A stretch of DNA of 64,000 bases, from NCBI GenBank assembly GCA_015228935.1, contig JADGCO010000005.1, forward strand, positions 13,128-77,127. Direction: 5' to 3'. Both the position numbers and the translations under genes were made by a program. Of this stretch, positions 8,929-19,815 are shown piece by piece. Below the pieces are notes generated by a model. The model did not search any database, was not told the DNA's origin, and saw only the letters and a list, made by a program, of their open reading frames with translations. Each line of letters starts with the position of its first letter. The first letter of the stretch is position 1. Origin of the DNA: Magnetococcales bacterium (GTDB taxonomy: Bacteria > Pseudomonadota > Magnetococcia > Magnetococcales > DC0425bin3).

Positions 8929-9843
8929 ATGCATCTGGCTCTCAAGGTTGATGTCGATACCTATCGAGGCACCCGGGAAGGGGTCCCGGCCCTTCTGCGG
9001 CTTTTTGACCGCCATCAGGTGCGGGCCACCTTTCTGTTCAGTCTGGGACCCGACCATACCGGACGTGCCCTGCGGCGCATTTTCCGCCGGGGATTTCTCA
9101 ACAAGATTGGCCGCACCTCGGTTTTGAGCCACTATGGACTCAAGACGGTGCTGTATGGCGTTCTGCTGCCGGGACCCCATATCGGGCGTCAGTCCGGAGA
9201 GATCATGCGGGCCGTGGCAGCAGCCGGTCACGAAACCGGGATTCACTGCCATGACCATGTCTATTGGCAGGATCATGTGGCCAACCAGGACCGGGCCTGG
9301 ACCCAAAGAGAACTCGCCAAAGCCAGTGCCGTCTATGAAGAAGTCTTGGGACACCCGGCCCGGGTCCATGGGGCAGCCGGTTGGCAAATCAATTCCCATA
9401 CCCTGGCCCTGCAAGAGGCGTTGGGCCTGACCCATGCGAGCGATACCCGTGGTCTGCACCCCTTTTTGCCGATCATGGATGGCGTGCAATCCACATGTAT
9501 ACAAATGCCGACCACCCTGCCCACCCTGGATGAACTGCTCGGGCGGGATGGCAGCACCCCAGACAATGTCCATGAGCGCATTCTGACCGCCAGCCAGACT
9601 CCCCTCCCCCACGGCCATGTGTATACCCTGCACGCCGAACTGGAAGGGATGAAACTTTATCCGGTCCTGGAAACCTTGCTGCAAAAATGGCAACAGAGGG
9701 GTTATACCTTGGGCACCCTGGCCGATCTCAAGGAACGCCTGACTGGCCTGACCTTGCCCCAACACACTGTGACCTGGGGAGAGGTCCCGGGCCGTTCCGG
9801 ACGCCTGGCCATGCAAGGTCCCAGGCTGGAACCAAGCCAATAA
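8929..9843 (+). CDS. arnD: 4-deoxy-4-formamido-L-arabinose-phosphoundecaprenol deformylase (polysaccharide deacetylase family)
   Basis: N-terminus LALKVDVDTYRGTREGVPALLRLFDRHQVRATFLFSLGPDHTGRA is typical of ArnD. It is the last gene of the arn operon. Confidence 0.8.
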   Translation: MHLALKVDVDTYRGTREGVPALLRLFDRHQVRATFLFSLGPDHTGRALRRIFRRGFLNKIGRTSVLSHYGLKTVLYGVLLPGPHIGRQSGEIMRAVAAAGHETGIHCHDHVYWQDHVANQDRAWTQRELAKASAVYEEVLGHPARVHGAAGWQINSHTLALQEALGLTHASDTRGLHPFLPIMDGVQSTCIQMPTTLPTLDELLGRDGSTPDNVHERILTASQTPLPHGHVYTLHAELEGMKLYPVLETLLQKWQQRGYTLGTLADLKERLTGLTLPQHTVTWGEVPGRSGRLAMQGPRLEPSQ

Positions 9844-9955
9844 CAGGCAAGGTTCCAGACTTGTAACAAGGAATATAATATGGTTTCAAAATTTAAATAA
9901 TCCAAAAATCGGGATTCAGGTTCAAGATCAAGCAGATCTGCCCTGAAATGAAGAG

Positions 9956-10228
9956 ATGCAACACCGACATCTGAACCATCAAGACTATACCTTGGCCGCC
10001 ATCGACGATCTCATTGCCCGTGGCGGGCGCAAGGATTGGGTTGCGTTGCGACATGCGGCCCTGGCGGACACAGTTCTTCTGGAAAAAATTTTGACCCTAT
10101 GTCGCATCCATGTCGTCGATCCTTATGCCCAACGCTACCATTTTTGGAAACTCTATGTCGAACACCACCTTGCCCGCATGGGAAAAAGTGCTGTCGGCGG
10201 CGGCCCATCTGCAATGCATTCTGCCTGA
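9956..10228 (+). CDS. hypothetical small protein, upstream partner of a nucleotidyltransferase-like ORF
   Basis: 90-codon ORF. Its last 74 nt overlap the next ORF out of frame. No motif recognised. Confidence 0.3.
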   Translation: MQHRHLNHQDYTLAAIDDLIARGGRKDWVALRHAALADTVLLEKILTLCRIHVVDPYAQRYHFWKLYVEHHLARMGKSAVGGGPSAMHSA

Positions 10229-10850
10229 AGCCATTCTGGTCGGTGGCACGGCATCCGCCATATATGCCGGACATCGCCTTTCTATCGCCACGGATCATGT
10301 CTTGAGTGATCTGCGCCAACGTTTTGATACCGTTCTGGCCGATTTGGAATCGGTGGCCGGCTGGACAACTGCCCGGGTGCAACGTCCAGTACAAATTCTC
10401 GGCTCTCTGGATGGTATCGAAACCGGGGTGCGCCAATTGACCCGGGAAACCCCTTTGGAAACCGAACAAATGGCATGGGGAAACAGTTTCATTACGATTC
10501 CCATCCAGGTAGAAATACTGAGGATCAAAGGAGAATTGATTGTGAAGCGCAATACCACCCGGGACCATCTGGACTTTGCCGCCCTGGCCGATCACATGCA
10601 CGCGGACCAGGTTGTCGAGGCCTTGAAAAATTTTGACCAGCTCTATCCCCAGCCCAACGGCGCATCGTCCTTGCAACAACTGCAAATCCAGTTGGCCAAC
10701 CCCTTGCCATATGATCTGGAGGGAGTCTCCCTGAAGGAGTACAAAAATCTTTCCGCGTCCTGGCACGATTGGCACAGGGTTCGGGCTGTTTGCACCCGGT
10801 GTGCCATCCTGATTTTTGACCGGATCATGACCCAACAGGATATCGCCTGA
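10155..10850 (+). CDS. nucleotidyltransferase-fold protein, AbiEii/DUF1814-like (tentative)
   Basis: LVGGTASAIYAGHRLSIATDHV resembles the hGGTAL...HR.S.D.D NTase motif of AbiEii-type toxins, but the first Asp position is Ala. Length is ~231 aa from the ATG at 10155. Confidence 0.35.
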   Translation: MSNTTLPAWEKVLSAAAHLQCILPEAILVGGTASAIYAGHRLSIATDHVLSDLRQRFDTVLADLESVAGWTTARVQRPVQILGSLDGIETGVRQLTRETPLETEQMAWGNSFITIPIQVEILRIKGELIVKRNTTRDHLDFAALADHMHADQVVEALKNFDQLYPQPNGASSLQQLQIQLANPLPYDLEGVSLKEYKNLSASWHDWHRVRAVCTRCAILIFDRIMTQQDIA

Positions 10851-11080
10851 TGGATGCTCACGTCCTGCCACCATCGAGTTTCAGACCTCATGTCCCATCC
10901 ATCTTGCCATGGACAAAAAAATCCTGAGCCGGACGCAATCGCGCTGTAGACTGTTGGCCCGGGAGGGACTATCTTTACCGACCAACACATGGCGGGGTCG
11001 CCGTGTATTCCCAGGGAACGGGAGAGTCCCCCTCTGCATGGGCTGTGACACTTCAGCCAAATCCACCATACCGATCGACC

Positions 11081-11536
11081 ATGGTCCAGCTTCGTCCTGC
11101 CCAGATTGCAGATATTCCAGGCATGGAAAATCTCGAACGGGTTTGTTTCGAGACCAACCGCCTGAGTCGGCGCAATTTCCGTCACCTGTTGACCCGTGGC
11201 CAGGCAATTTTTCTGACTGCCCATCAGGACACGCATCTCCTGGGTTATGGCCTGTTGCTTCTGCGCCGCAATTCACCTTCCGCCCGCCTCTACTCCCTGG
11301 CCATCCATCCTGCCCAACGCCGTTCAGGTCTGGGCCGCACCTTGCTGCAAAATCTGGAAGAGGCCGCCGTCACCAACAACAGGGCTGGTATTCATCTGGA
11401 AGTGCGCACCGATAATGAACCGGCCATCGCTTTTTATCAAAAATTGGGCTACCGTCCCTTTGCCATTCATCATAACTACTATGCCGATCATCAGGATGCC
11501 TGCCGTATGAGAAAAAGATTGGATATCATAAACTGA
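11081..11536 (+). CDS. GNAT family N-acetyltransferase (RimI-like)
   Basis: Starts MVQLRPAQIADIPGMENLERVCF. The acetyl-CoA motif is QRRSGLGRTLL, followed by AFYQKLGY. Start chosen at the ATG at 11081. It ends 4 nt before the ATP-grasp gene. Confidence 0.8.
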   Translation: MVQLRPAQIADIPGMENLERVCFETNRLSRRNFRHLLTRGQAIFLTAHQDTHLLGYGLLLLRRNSPSARLYSLAIHPAQRRSGLGRTLLQNLEEAAVTNNRAGIHLEVRTDNEPAIAFYQKLGYRPFAIHHNYYADHQDACRMRKRLDIIN

Positions 11537-11540
11537 AGCC

Positions 11541-13061
11541 ATGGGCACTCCCACCAAACATCGTTATACGATTGTCGTTGATCGCAGCTCCGATTGGAAA
11601 TGGAATCCCGAAGGATTCCATATTCTGACCGCCGATGCCTACCTGGCCCAGCCCCTGATCCAACCCCTGATCCAGGCCAAGTCCGCCGGTCCAGGCCGCA
11701 TCATCAATCTGTGCCGGGATTATCACTATTTGAGCGGCGGCTACTACTGCTCACTGTTGGCCGAGGCCCGGCGGGAACTTCCCATGCCCACCATGGCGGA
11801 TATTCTTGATCTGTCGGGAAAAAAGCTCTACGCCTTTGCCCTGCCGGAACTGGAAGCCATCCTGATCCGGATCCTGAAACGGATTGCCGACCCACCCACC
11901 CAGGATTTTTCCCTGTATGTCTTTTTTGGCCATACGGATGATTCCCGGTTCCGTCTTCTCGGGGATGAGTTGTTCGACCTGTTTCGCTTTCCTCTCATCA
12001 AACTGAGGGTACGTCGTAAAACAAAACGCTGGGCCATCACCTCGATTCGTCCCCTGGGACTGCATCAGGTCCGCTCGGCTCAGCGGGTATTTTTCGAGTC
12101 CAGCCTGCGCGCCTACACCCGGGCACCGGCCCGCCGCAAGGCCAACAAAATACCCGAACTCTACAATCTGGCGATTCTGTACGACCCCCATGAGGCACTC
12201 CCACCCTCCAACTATAAATCCCTGGAACGGTTTGCCCGCGTTGCCCGACAGTTGCGCATGGAAGTGGAACTCATCACCCGCCGCGATTATCACCGAATCC
12301 CGGAATTCGACGCCCTCTTCATCCGCGAGACCACCGGTCTGAATCACCACACCTTCCATTTTGCCCGCAAGGCCGAACAGGAAGGTTTGCCGGTCATTGA
12401 CGATACGAGTTCCATTATCCGCTGTGCCAATAAAATATTCCTTTTTGAATTGCTGGCCAGTCATGGCCTGCCTATCCCGAAATCCATGTCCCTGGATCGC
12501 CTCTGTTTCAATCCCCAGCGCATCACCGAGATGGAGGATTGGCTTGGCTATCCCATGGTCCTGAAGGTGCCGGATGGCTCTTTTTCCCGTGGCATTCACA
12601 AGGCCAACAATCGCGCCGAACTCGAAGAACACGCGGCCCGTCTGTTTATCGAATCCCGTCTGATCCTGGCCCAGGAGTACATGTATACGGCTTTTGACTG
12701 GCGGATCGGCATTCTCAATGGCCGACCGCTCTTTGCCAGCCAGTACCACATGTCCCGCAATCACTGGCAAATCTATCGACATCGTCCGGATGGCTCGGTT
12801 TCCGGTGGCGGTTTTCGCACCATGCCCATCGAAGAAGCCCCGGCAGATGTCGTTGAAACAGCCCGGCGGGCGGCCACCCTCGTGGGGACCGGTCTGTATG
12901 GCGTCGATCTCAAACACAACAATCGCGGCGTCCATGTCATCGAAGTCAACGACAATCCCAATATCGATCATGGTGTCGAAGACCGGGCCATCAAGGATCT
13001 CCTCTATATTCGCATCCTCAAGGAGTTCATCGAACGCATCGAGGCCGGTCGCCGGGGATAG
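11541..13061 (+). CDS. RimK-type ATP-grasp ligase with ~210-aa N-terminal extension (RLAN-like)
   Basis: The C-terminal ~290 aa reads as a RimK/glutathione-synthase-type ATP-grasp (PMVLKVPDGSFSRGI, ILAQEYM, YGVDLK...VIEVNDNPNIDHG). The N-terminal part has INLCRDYHYLSGGYYCSLLAEARRELPMP. Confidence 0.75.
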   Translation: MGTPTKHRYTIVVDRSSDWKWNPEGFHILTADAYLAQPLIQPLIQAKSAGPGRIINLCRDYHYLSGGYYCSLLAEARRELPMPTMADILDLSGKKLYAFALPELEAILIRILKRIADPPTQDFSLYVFFGHTDDSRFRLLGDELFDLFRFPLIKLRVRRKTKRWAITSIRPLGLHQVRSAQRVFFESSLRAYTRAPARRKANKIPELYNLAILYDPHEALPPSNYKSLERFARVARQLRMEVELITRRDYHRIPEFDALFIRETTGLNHHTFHFARKAEQEGLPVIDDTSSIIRCANKIFLFELLASHGLPIPKSMSLDRLCFNPQRITEMEDWLGYPMVLKVPDGSFSRGIHKANNRAELEEHAARLFIESRLILAQEYMYTAFDWRIGILNGRPLFASQYHMSRNHWQIYRHRPDGSVSGGGFRTMPIEEAPADVVETARRAATLVGTGLYGVDLKHNNRGVHVIEVNDNPNIDHGVEDRAIKDLLYIRILKEFIERIEAGRRG

Positions 13062-13085
13062 TCATGACAACTGCATGCGTTTTTT

Positions 13086-13243
13086 GCAACCATTCAGAAC
13101 CCTTTCAAAAAAAAGGATTTGATATGAAAGACTTTGTTGGGGCTTCGCCCCAAACCCCACCAGGGGGAAGGGCACAGCCCTTCCCCCTGGACCCCCATCC
13201 CAGTTTTTCAAACGTTTTTTCGAGAAAAATCTGAATCGTTAAC
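13086..13243 (+). mobile_element. MITE-like element copy (158 bp, long-hairpin subtype 1)
   Basis: Left end is GCAACCATTCAGAACCC and right end is CTGAATCGTTAAC. It carries GGGGCTTCGCCCC and the hairpin CCAGGGGGAAGGGCacaGCCCTTCCCCCTGG (13160..13190). It lies between the ATP-grasp gene and the asn-synthase-like gene. Confidence 0.8.
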
Positions 13244-13265
13244 GTTTATTTTTGGCAAGTACGGC

Positions 13266-15208
13266 ATGTGTGGAATTACAGGTTTTTTTTCCCCGCGTCG
13301 TGAGACTACGGCATCCCTCCTGGAACAACAGGTTGGACGCATGAACGATGCCCTGGCCCATCGGGGCCCGGACGCATCCGGAATCTGGACCGATCCCCAG
13401 GCCGGCATCGCCCTGGGACACCGCCGCCTGGCCATTCTCGATCTCTCTCCCAACGGCCAACAACCCATGGTTGCGGCAAGTGGTCGTTATGTCACCGTCT
13501 TCAATGGCGAAATTTATAATTTTGCCGACCTGCGCCGGCAGCTCACGGACCAGAATGCCGCCCCCGCCTGGCGGGGACACTCCGATACCGAAGTGATGCT
13601 CGCTGCCCTGGACCATTGGGGTGTGGAGGGTGCCCTGCCCCATTTGCACGGCATGTTTGCCCTGGCCATCTGGGACCGTCAGAACCATCTGCTCCACCTG
13701 GTCCGTGACCGCATCGGCAAAAAACCACTTTATTATGGCTGGTTCGGCGGCATATTTGGTTTTGCCTCGGAACTGACCGCCCTGCGTGCCCATCCGGCCT
13801 GGAATGGCAAAATTGACCGGCAAGCCCTGACCACCTATCTCCGTCATGGATATGTACCGGACCCTTTCAGTATTTTTCTGGGCATTGCCAAGCTCACGCC
13901 CGGCTCCATTCTGACCCTGCCAACCGACAGTATCGCCCAGGGAGAGCTGCCCCAACCCCAATCCTACTGGTCATTGGCCACCTGGACCGCCGCCGACCCG
14001 CCTGTTGCCGAATCCGTGGACGAAACAACCGCCCTGCAAGAACTGGATCGCCTTCTGCACCAGGCTGTGAGCGAACGCATGGTGGCCGATGTCCCCCTGG
14101 GCGCATTTCTTTCTGGCGGCATGGACTCATCCCTGATCACCGCTTACATGCAGGCCCATGCTGAACAACCGGTACGCACGTTTACCATCGGCTTTCACGA
14201 GGCCGGTTTTGATGAAGCGGTCTATGCACGTGCCGTGGCCGCCCATCTGGGGACCCGGCACACCGAACTCTATTTGACTGCCGCTGACGCCCTGGCAGTC
14301 ATACCCCGCCTGGCGACCCTCTCCGACGAACCCTTTGCCGATGCCTCGCTGCTCCCCATGTTTCTGGTCTCCCGTCTGGCGCGGGAAGAGGTGACCGTGG
14401 CACTTTCCGGGGATGGCGGCGATGAATTTTTTTGTGGATATGGACGTTATCGCCAGGCCCTGGCCGCCTGGCAACGCCTGGCCACGCTGTCACCCCTTCT
14501 CCGTCACTTGGCCGGAGGTATCCTGGGCCATATTCCGGAACAAGTGTGGCAGATCGCCAACCATGTAAGCCCACGTCTCAATCCCCGGCGGGGTACCATC
14601 TGGAGCAATCTGCTCCGGCACGGTTCGCCTGACCTGCTGTATCAATATCTGGTCTCCTGCCATCTGGACCCGGCGCGTCTGGTGGTGAATGGCACCGAAC
14701 CCGCCACCCGGTTCCTCAACCCGGAGCAATGGGGAGGAAGTCCGGATTTTTGCACCCGCATGATGTTTCTGGATGCCCATACCTATCTGCCCGGTTCGGT
14801 CCTTGTCAAAGTGGATCGCGCCACCATGGCGGTCGGCCTGGAAGCCCGGGCACCCCTGCTCGATACCCGCATCATTGAATGGGCCTGGCGTCTGCCCCGG
14901 CACCTGAAACTGCGGCCCCAAGGTGGCAAATGGTTGTTGCGGCGTCTGCTCCGCAACCACCTGCCTGCCCATCTGATCGAGCGACCCAAACAGGGCTTCG
15001 GGGTTCCGGTGGGAAGCTGGCTGCGAGGTCCGTTGCGTCCCTGGGGTGAGGCCCTGCTCGCCCCGGAACGTCTGCATCGGGAAGGGTGGCTCAACCCGCA
15101 GGCCGTCGGCGAAGTCTGGGCTGCCCATCAGGCCGGTCGGCGTCAGGAAGGCGAACTTCTCTGGGCGATCCTCATGTTTCAGGCCTGGCTGGCAACCATT
15201 GAATCTTC

Positions 15209-15212
<4 letters not shown>
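13266..15212 (+). CDS. asparagine synthase (glutamine-hydrolysing) family amidotransferase
   Basis: Starts MCGITGFF, a class II glutamine amidotransferase with Cys2 as nucleophile. The synthetase PP-loop is SGGMDSS. The upstream ORF extension from 13134 is read-through of the MITE and is rejected. Confidence 0.85.
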
Positions 15213-16815
<1,603 letters not shown>

Positions 16816-17026
16816 GACTCCACTCTCCTGCCGTCACTGACCACCCATGAAACCACCCGTGCGCGAATGGCTTCAGGATCATCACCTTGTTTGCAACCTG
16901 GCGGGTCGTACCTGGACTGGACACCCGCGCCTGACATGTTCATCGTTTACCGGACCAGACACGGCCCTCGACACCGGAAAATCCGGCCTTGCCAACAGAC
17001 TCAACCGACTCTCTACTCCGAAGTGG

Positions 17027-17275
17027 CATCCACTCCTCCGGCACCGCGAGGACCGGTCGATTTCAACACCGAACGACACCCACTCCGGCAGCACGGCAAG
17101 GACCGATTCACGCCTCAACGCAAGAGTGACACCCACTCCGGCGGCACGGCAAGGACCGATTCACGCTTCAGTACCAGAGTGACACCCACTCCGGCAGCAC
17201 GGCAAGGACCGATCCACGCTTCAACGCCAGAGTGACACCCACTCCAGTGGCGCTGCAAAGGCCGGTTTACGCCTC
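17027..17275. repeat. 53-bp tandem repeat, ~4.6 units, in the rplU-rpmA spacer
   Basis: Units start at 17075, 17128, 17181 and 17234 (gacacccactccggcagcacggcaaggaccgattcacgcctcaacgcaagagt and variants). A degenerate unit lies at ~17027. The last unit runs into the rplU stop codon. Confidence 0.9.
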
Positions 17276-17575
17276 GATACCGGTGATCTGCAATTCGGTC
17301 AAATTCTGCCGGTGCCCCTGTTTGCGCCGGTAATTTTTGCGCCGGCGACGTTTGAACACCAGAATTTTTTTGTCACGCAGATGCTGCAAAATGCGCGCCG
17401 TGACCCGGGTAGTGGCGGCGGCGTCTCCTGTTTTGACGCCGGCATCGCCGGTGACGAGCAGGACATCCGTCAGGGTCACACTTTCCCCTTTTTCACCCGG
17501 CAGCCGTTCCACGCGCAAAACGTCATTGACCGCCACCTTGTACTGCTTGCCGCCGGTTCGCACTACCGCAATCAT
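17267..17575 (-). CDS. rplU: 50S ribosomal protein L21
   Basis: Starts MIAVVRTGGKQYKVAVNDVLRVERL, 102 aa. Start chosen at 17575. Confidence 0.95.
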   Translation of the reverse strand: MIAVVRTGGKQYKVAVNDVLRVERLPGEKGESVTLTDVLLVTGDAGVKTGDAAATTRVTARILQHLRDKKILVFKRRRRKNYRRKQGHRQNLTELQITGIEA

Positions 17576-17671
17576 GGGGAACTCCTCCGCTTCAGACCCA
17601 AAATATCCCTCTCCCTGGACCATTCCGCTGGCCACCCGTCCAGACAAGGTGCCACGGAAAACGTCCTATTA

Positions 17672-18307
17672 TTATCGAAAAACCGGTCCTGTCAAGTCTC
17701 CGTGCGCATCATGAATCAATTCGCTCAACATGGCGAGGGTTTCCATGAGAGGCAACCCCACCACCCCGCTGAAAGATCCTTCGATACGCCGCACCATGAA
17801 GGCCCCTACGCCTTGAATGCCGTAAGCCCCGGCCTTGTCCATCGGTTCACCGGTAGCCACATAGGCCTTGATTTCGGCGGGGGTGAGTTTCTTGAACCAG
17901 ACATCGGTCGTCACCACCCGATCCAGGCAACGCCGGTCTGCCAACCGACACAGGGCAACCCCGGTCAACACCTGGTGACGCCGGTCGGAAAGACGGTGCA
18001 GCATCCACTCGGCCTGCTCCGGATCGGCGGGTTTTCCCAGAATTGTTTCGTCCAGGATCACAGAAGTATCGGCAGCCAGCGCATAATCGACTCCCGGGTC
18101 CATTGCCCGATTCACTTTTTCCCGCGCCAAGCGCACCACGTAAGCGGCAGCCGGTTCGCCGGGACGGCACCCTTCATCGATGGCGACGGGCCACACCTGG
18201 GCCTCGATGCCGACCTGGCTCAGCAGCTCCCGCCGTCGTGGCGACATTGAAACCAGACGTATCTTTTTCCCTGACCAGGGAAAGCCCACCATCACACCTG
18301 CGCCCAT
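17672..18307 (-). CDS. maf: Maf-like nucleoside triphosphate pyrophosphatase (septum formation protein)
   Basis: SPRRRELL motif near the N-terminus, then AGAYGIQG near the C-terminus. An alternative start is at 18292. Confidence 0.8.
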   Translation of the reverse strand: MGAGVMVGFPWSGKKIRLVSMSPRRRELLSQVGIEAQVWPVAIDEGCRPGEPAAAYVVRLAREKVNRAMDPGVDYALAADTSVILDETILGKPADPEQAEWMLHRLSDRRHQVLTGVALCRLADRRCLDRVVTTDVWFKKLTPAEIKAYVATGEPMDKAGAYGIQGVGAFMVRRIEGSFSGVVGLPLMETLAMLSELIHDAHGDLTGPVFR

Positions 18308-18360
18308 ACCATCCCCATCCCCGTTTTTTCACAAAATTGAAATGACCGACAAATGAACAC

Positions 18361-18389
18361 TTGACGTGGAACAACGCGATTCTTACTTT
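18361..18389 (+). promoter_or_regulatory. candidate sigma-70 promoter for ispB
   Basis: TTGACG (18361-66), a 17-nt spacer, then TACTTT (18384-89). It lies ~85 nt upstream of the ispB ATG in the maf/ispB divergent region. Confidence 0.3.
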
Positions 18390-18471
18390 CGGTCCCAGCC
18401 GGGAAAATGCCTGACCCTGGCGACAAACTTCTCACACCCGACATTATCCCTCAACCGGAGCCTGGTCTTCC

Positions 18472-19464
18472 ATGTCTGATAATACGCAATCGGTGTTGAA
18501 TCGTCTGCGTGAGCTGATCGGCCCCGACCTGGAACAAACCAACGCTCTCATCCGTCAGCATCTGGATTCCGAGGTTGAACTGATTCCGACCCTGGGAACC
18601 CACCTCATCGAGAGTGGCGGTAAGCGACTACGCCCCATCCTCACCCTGCTTTCAGCCCGTCTGTTCGGCTATCAGGGAACAGCCCATGCCCTGCTGGCAG
18701 CCGTCATCGAGTTTATCCATACCGCCACGCTGCTCCACGACGATGTGGTGGACAAATCCAACACCCGGCGCGGCATTGCTACTGCCAACTCCGTCTGGGG
18801 CAACAAGGCCCCGGTCCTGGTCGGTGATTTTCTTTTTTCCCGTTCCTTTCAGCTTCTGGTCAGTCACGGAAACTTGAAAATTCTCCAGATCATTGCCGAT
18901 ACCTGTGCCATCATCTCCGAGGGAGAAGTCCTGCAACTCGTGGCCAGCAATGACCTGAAAACCACCGAAGATAAATACATGGCCGTGGTCTCCAGCAAGA
19001 CGGCATCCCTCTTTTCCGCCGCCTGCCAGATCGGACCGGTCCTTGCCAACCGCCCCGAGGATGATGTAGAACGAATGGCCAAGTTTGGTACCTGTCTCGG
19101 CATCGCCTACCAGGTCGTGGACGATACCCTGGACTATGCGGCCACAGTCGAAAAACTCGGTAAAACCATCGGCGACGATTTCCAGGAAGGCAAAATCACC
19201 CTCCCGGTCATTCATGCCTATGCCAACGCCACCCCTGAAGAACGTGCCTTCTGGGTCCAAACCATCGAAAAAGGTCAGATTGCACCCGGCAGCCTGGAAC
19301 AGGCCATCACCATGATTCGCCAAAGAGGTGCCCTGCACTATTCCATGGAAAGGGCACGCAGCTTTGCCAAAGCCGCCAAGGCCCATCTGGAACCCTGCCC
19401 ATCTTCACCCGAAAAAGAGGCTTTGACCATGTTGGCCGATTTTTCCGTTGACCGCAGCTTCTGA
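18472..19464 (+). CDS. ispB: octaprenyl/polyprenyl diphosphate synthase
   Basis: First Asp-rich motif is LLHDDVVDKSNTRRG and the second is DDTLDY. Length 330 aa. Confidence 0.9.
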   Translation: MSDNTQSVLNRLRELIGPDLEQTNALIRQHLDSEVELIPTLGTHLIESGGKRLRPILTLLSARLFGYQGTAHALLAAVIEFIHTATLLHDDVVDKSNTRRGIATANSVWGNKAPVLVGDFLFSRSFQLLVSHGNLKILQIIADTCAIISEGEVLQLVASNDLKTTEDKYMAVVSSKTASLFSAACQIGPVLANRPEDDVERMAKFGTCLGIAYQVVDDTLDYAATVEKLGKTIGDDFQEGKITLPVIHAYANATPEERAFWVQTIEKGQIAPGSLEQAITMIRQRGALHYSMERARSFAKAAKAHLEPCPSSPEKEALTMLADFSVDRSF

Positions 19465-19538
19465 CCGTTCTAGTCTCCTCCTGCCTGTTCGGGTCTGGAA
19501 TGTTTTCTTGCCCGCATGGCAGATTCGTAAGTCGTTGT

Positions 19539-19615
19539 CGGGGTGTAGCTCAGCCTGGTAGAGCACTGCGTTCGGGACGCAGGGGCCGGAGGTTCGAATC
19601 CTCTCACCCCGACCA
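19539..19615 (+). tRNA. tRNA-Pro (anticodon CGG)
   Basis: Folded by hand as a 77-nt cloverleaf. Acceptor stem is CGGGGTG/CACCCCG, the anticodon loop is TTCGGGA, the T-loop is TTCGAAT, and CCA is encoded. Confidence 0.9.
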
Positions 19616-19622
19616 AGTCAAT

Positions 19623-19651
19623 CCAAAGAGTTACGGCCACTCACAAGGTGG
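19623..19651 (+). terminator. rho-independent terminator after tRNA-Pro
   Basis: Stem ACGGCCAC (19623-30) pairs with GTGGCCGT (19638-45) around a 7-nt loop, followed by TTTTTG. Confidence 0.75.
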
Positions 19652-19657
19652 CCGTTT

Positions 19658-19815
19658 TTGTTCCAGCGTAACTGTTCATCATCCGGCAACGAATCGGGGT
19701 CCAGGGGGCTGGCTCCCCTGGCAGGTTCAGGACGGAGTCCTGGTGGGGTTCGGGGCGAAGCCATGATAAAGGCTTTCATATTCAGGCTTTTCTTGAAAGG
19801 GTGCTGAATAGTTAC
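19658..19815 (-). mobile_element. MITE-like element copy (158 bp, short-hairpin subtype) with 8-bp target-site duplication
   Basis: TIRs are GTAACTGTTCA and TGAATAGTTAC. The element is flanked on both sides by GTTCCAGC (19650-57 and 19816-23). Confidence 0.9.

Noticed and set aside
13134-13265. N-terminal extension of the asparagine-synthase-like ORF (MLGLRPKPHQGEGHSPSPWTPIPVFQ...)
   Set aside because: This segment is the MITE read in one frame. The same pseudo-peptide (GLRPKPRQEEGHSPSSWTS.PVFQ) appears in ORFs 15241-15432, 39482-39697, 2877-3233 and 24475-24723. The catalytic Cys must be residue 2, which fixes the start at 13266.
17027-17275. Possible CRISPR array
   Set aside because: The repeats are directly head-to-tail with no unique spacers, the period is a constant 53 bp, and there are no cas genes. 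It is a simple tandem repeat.
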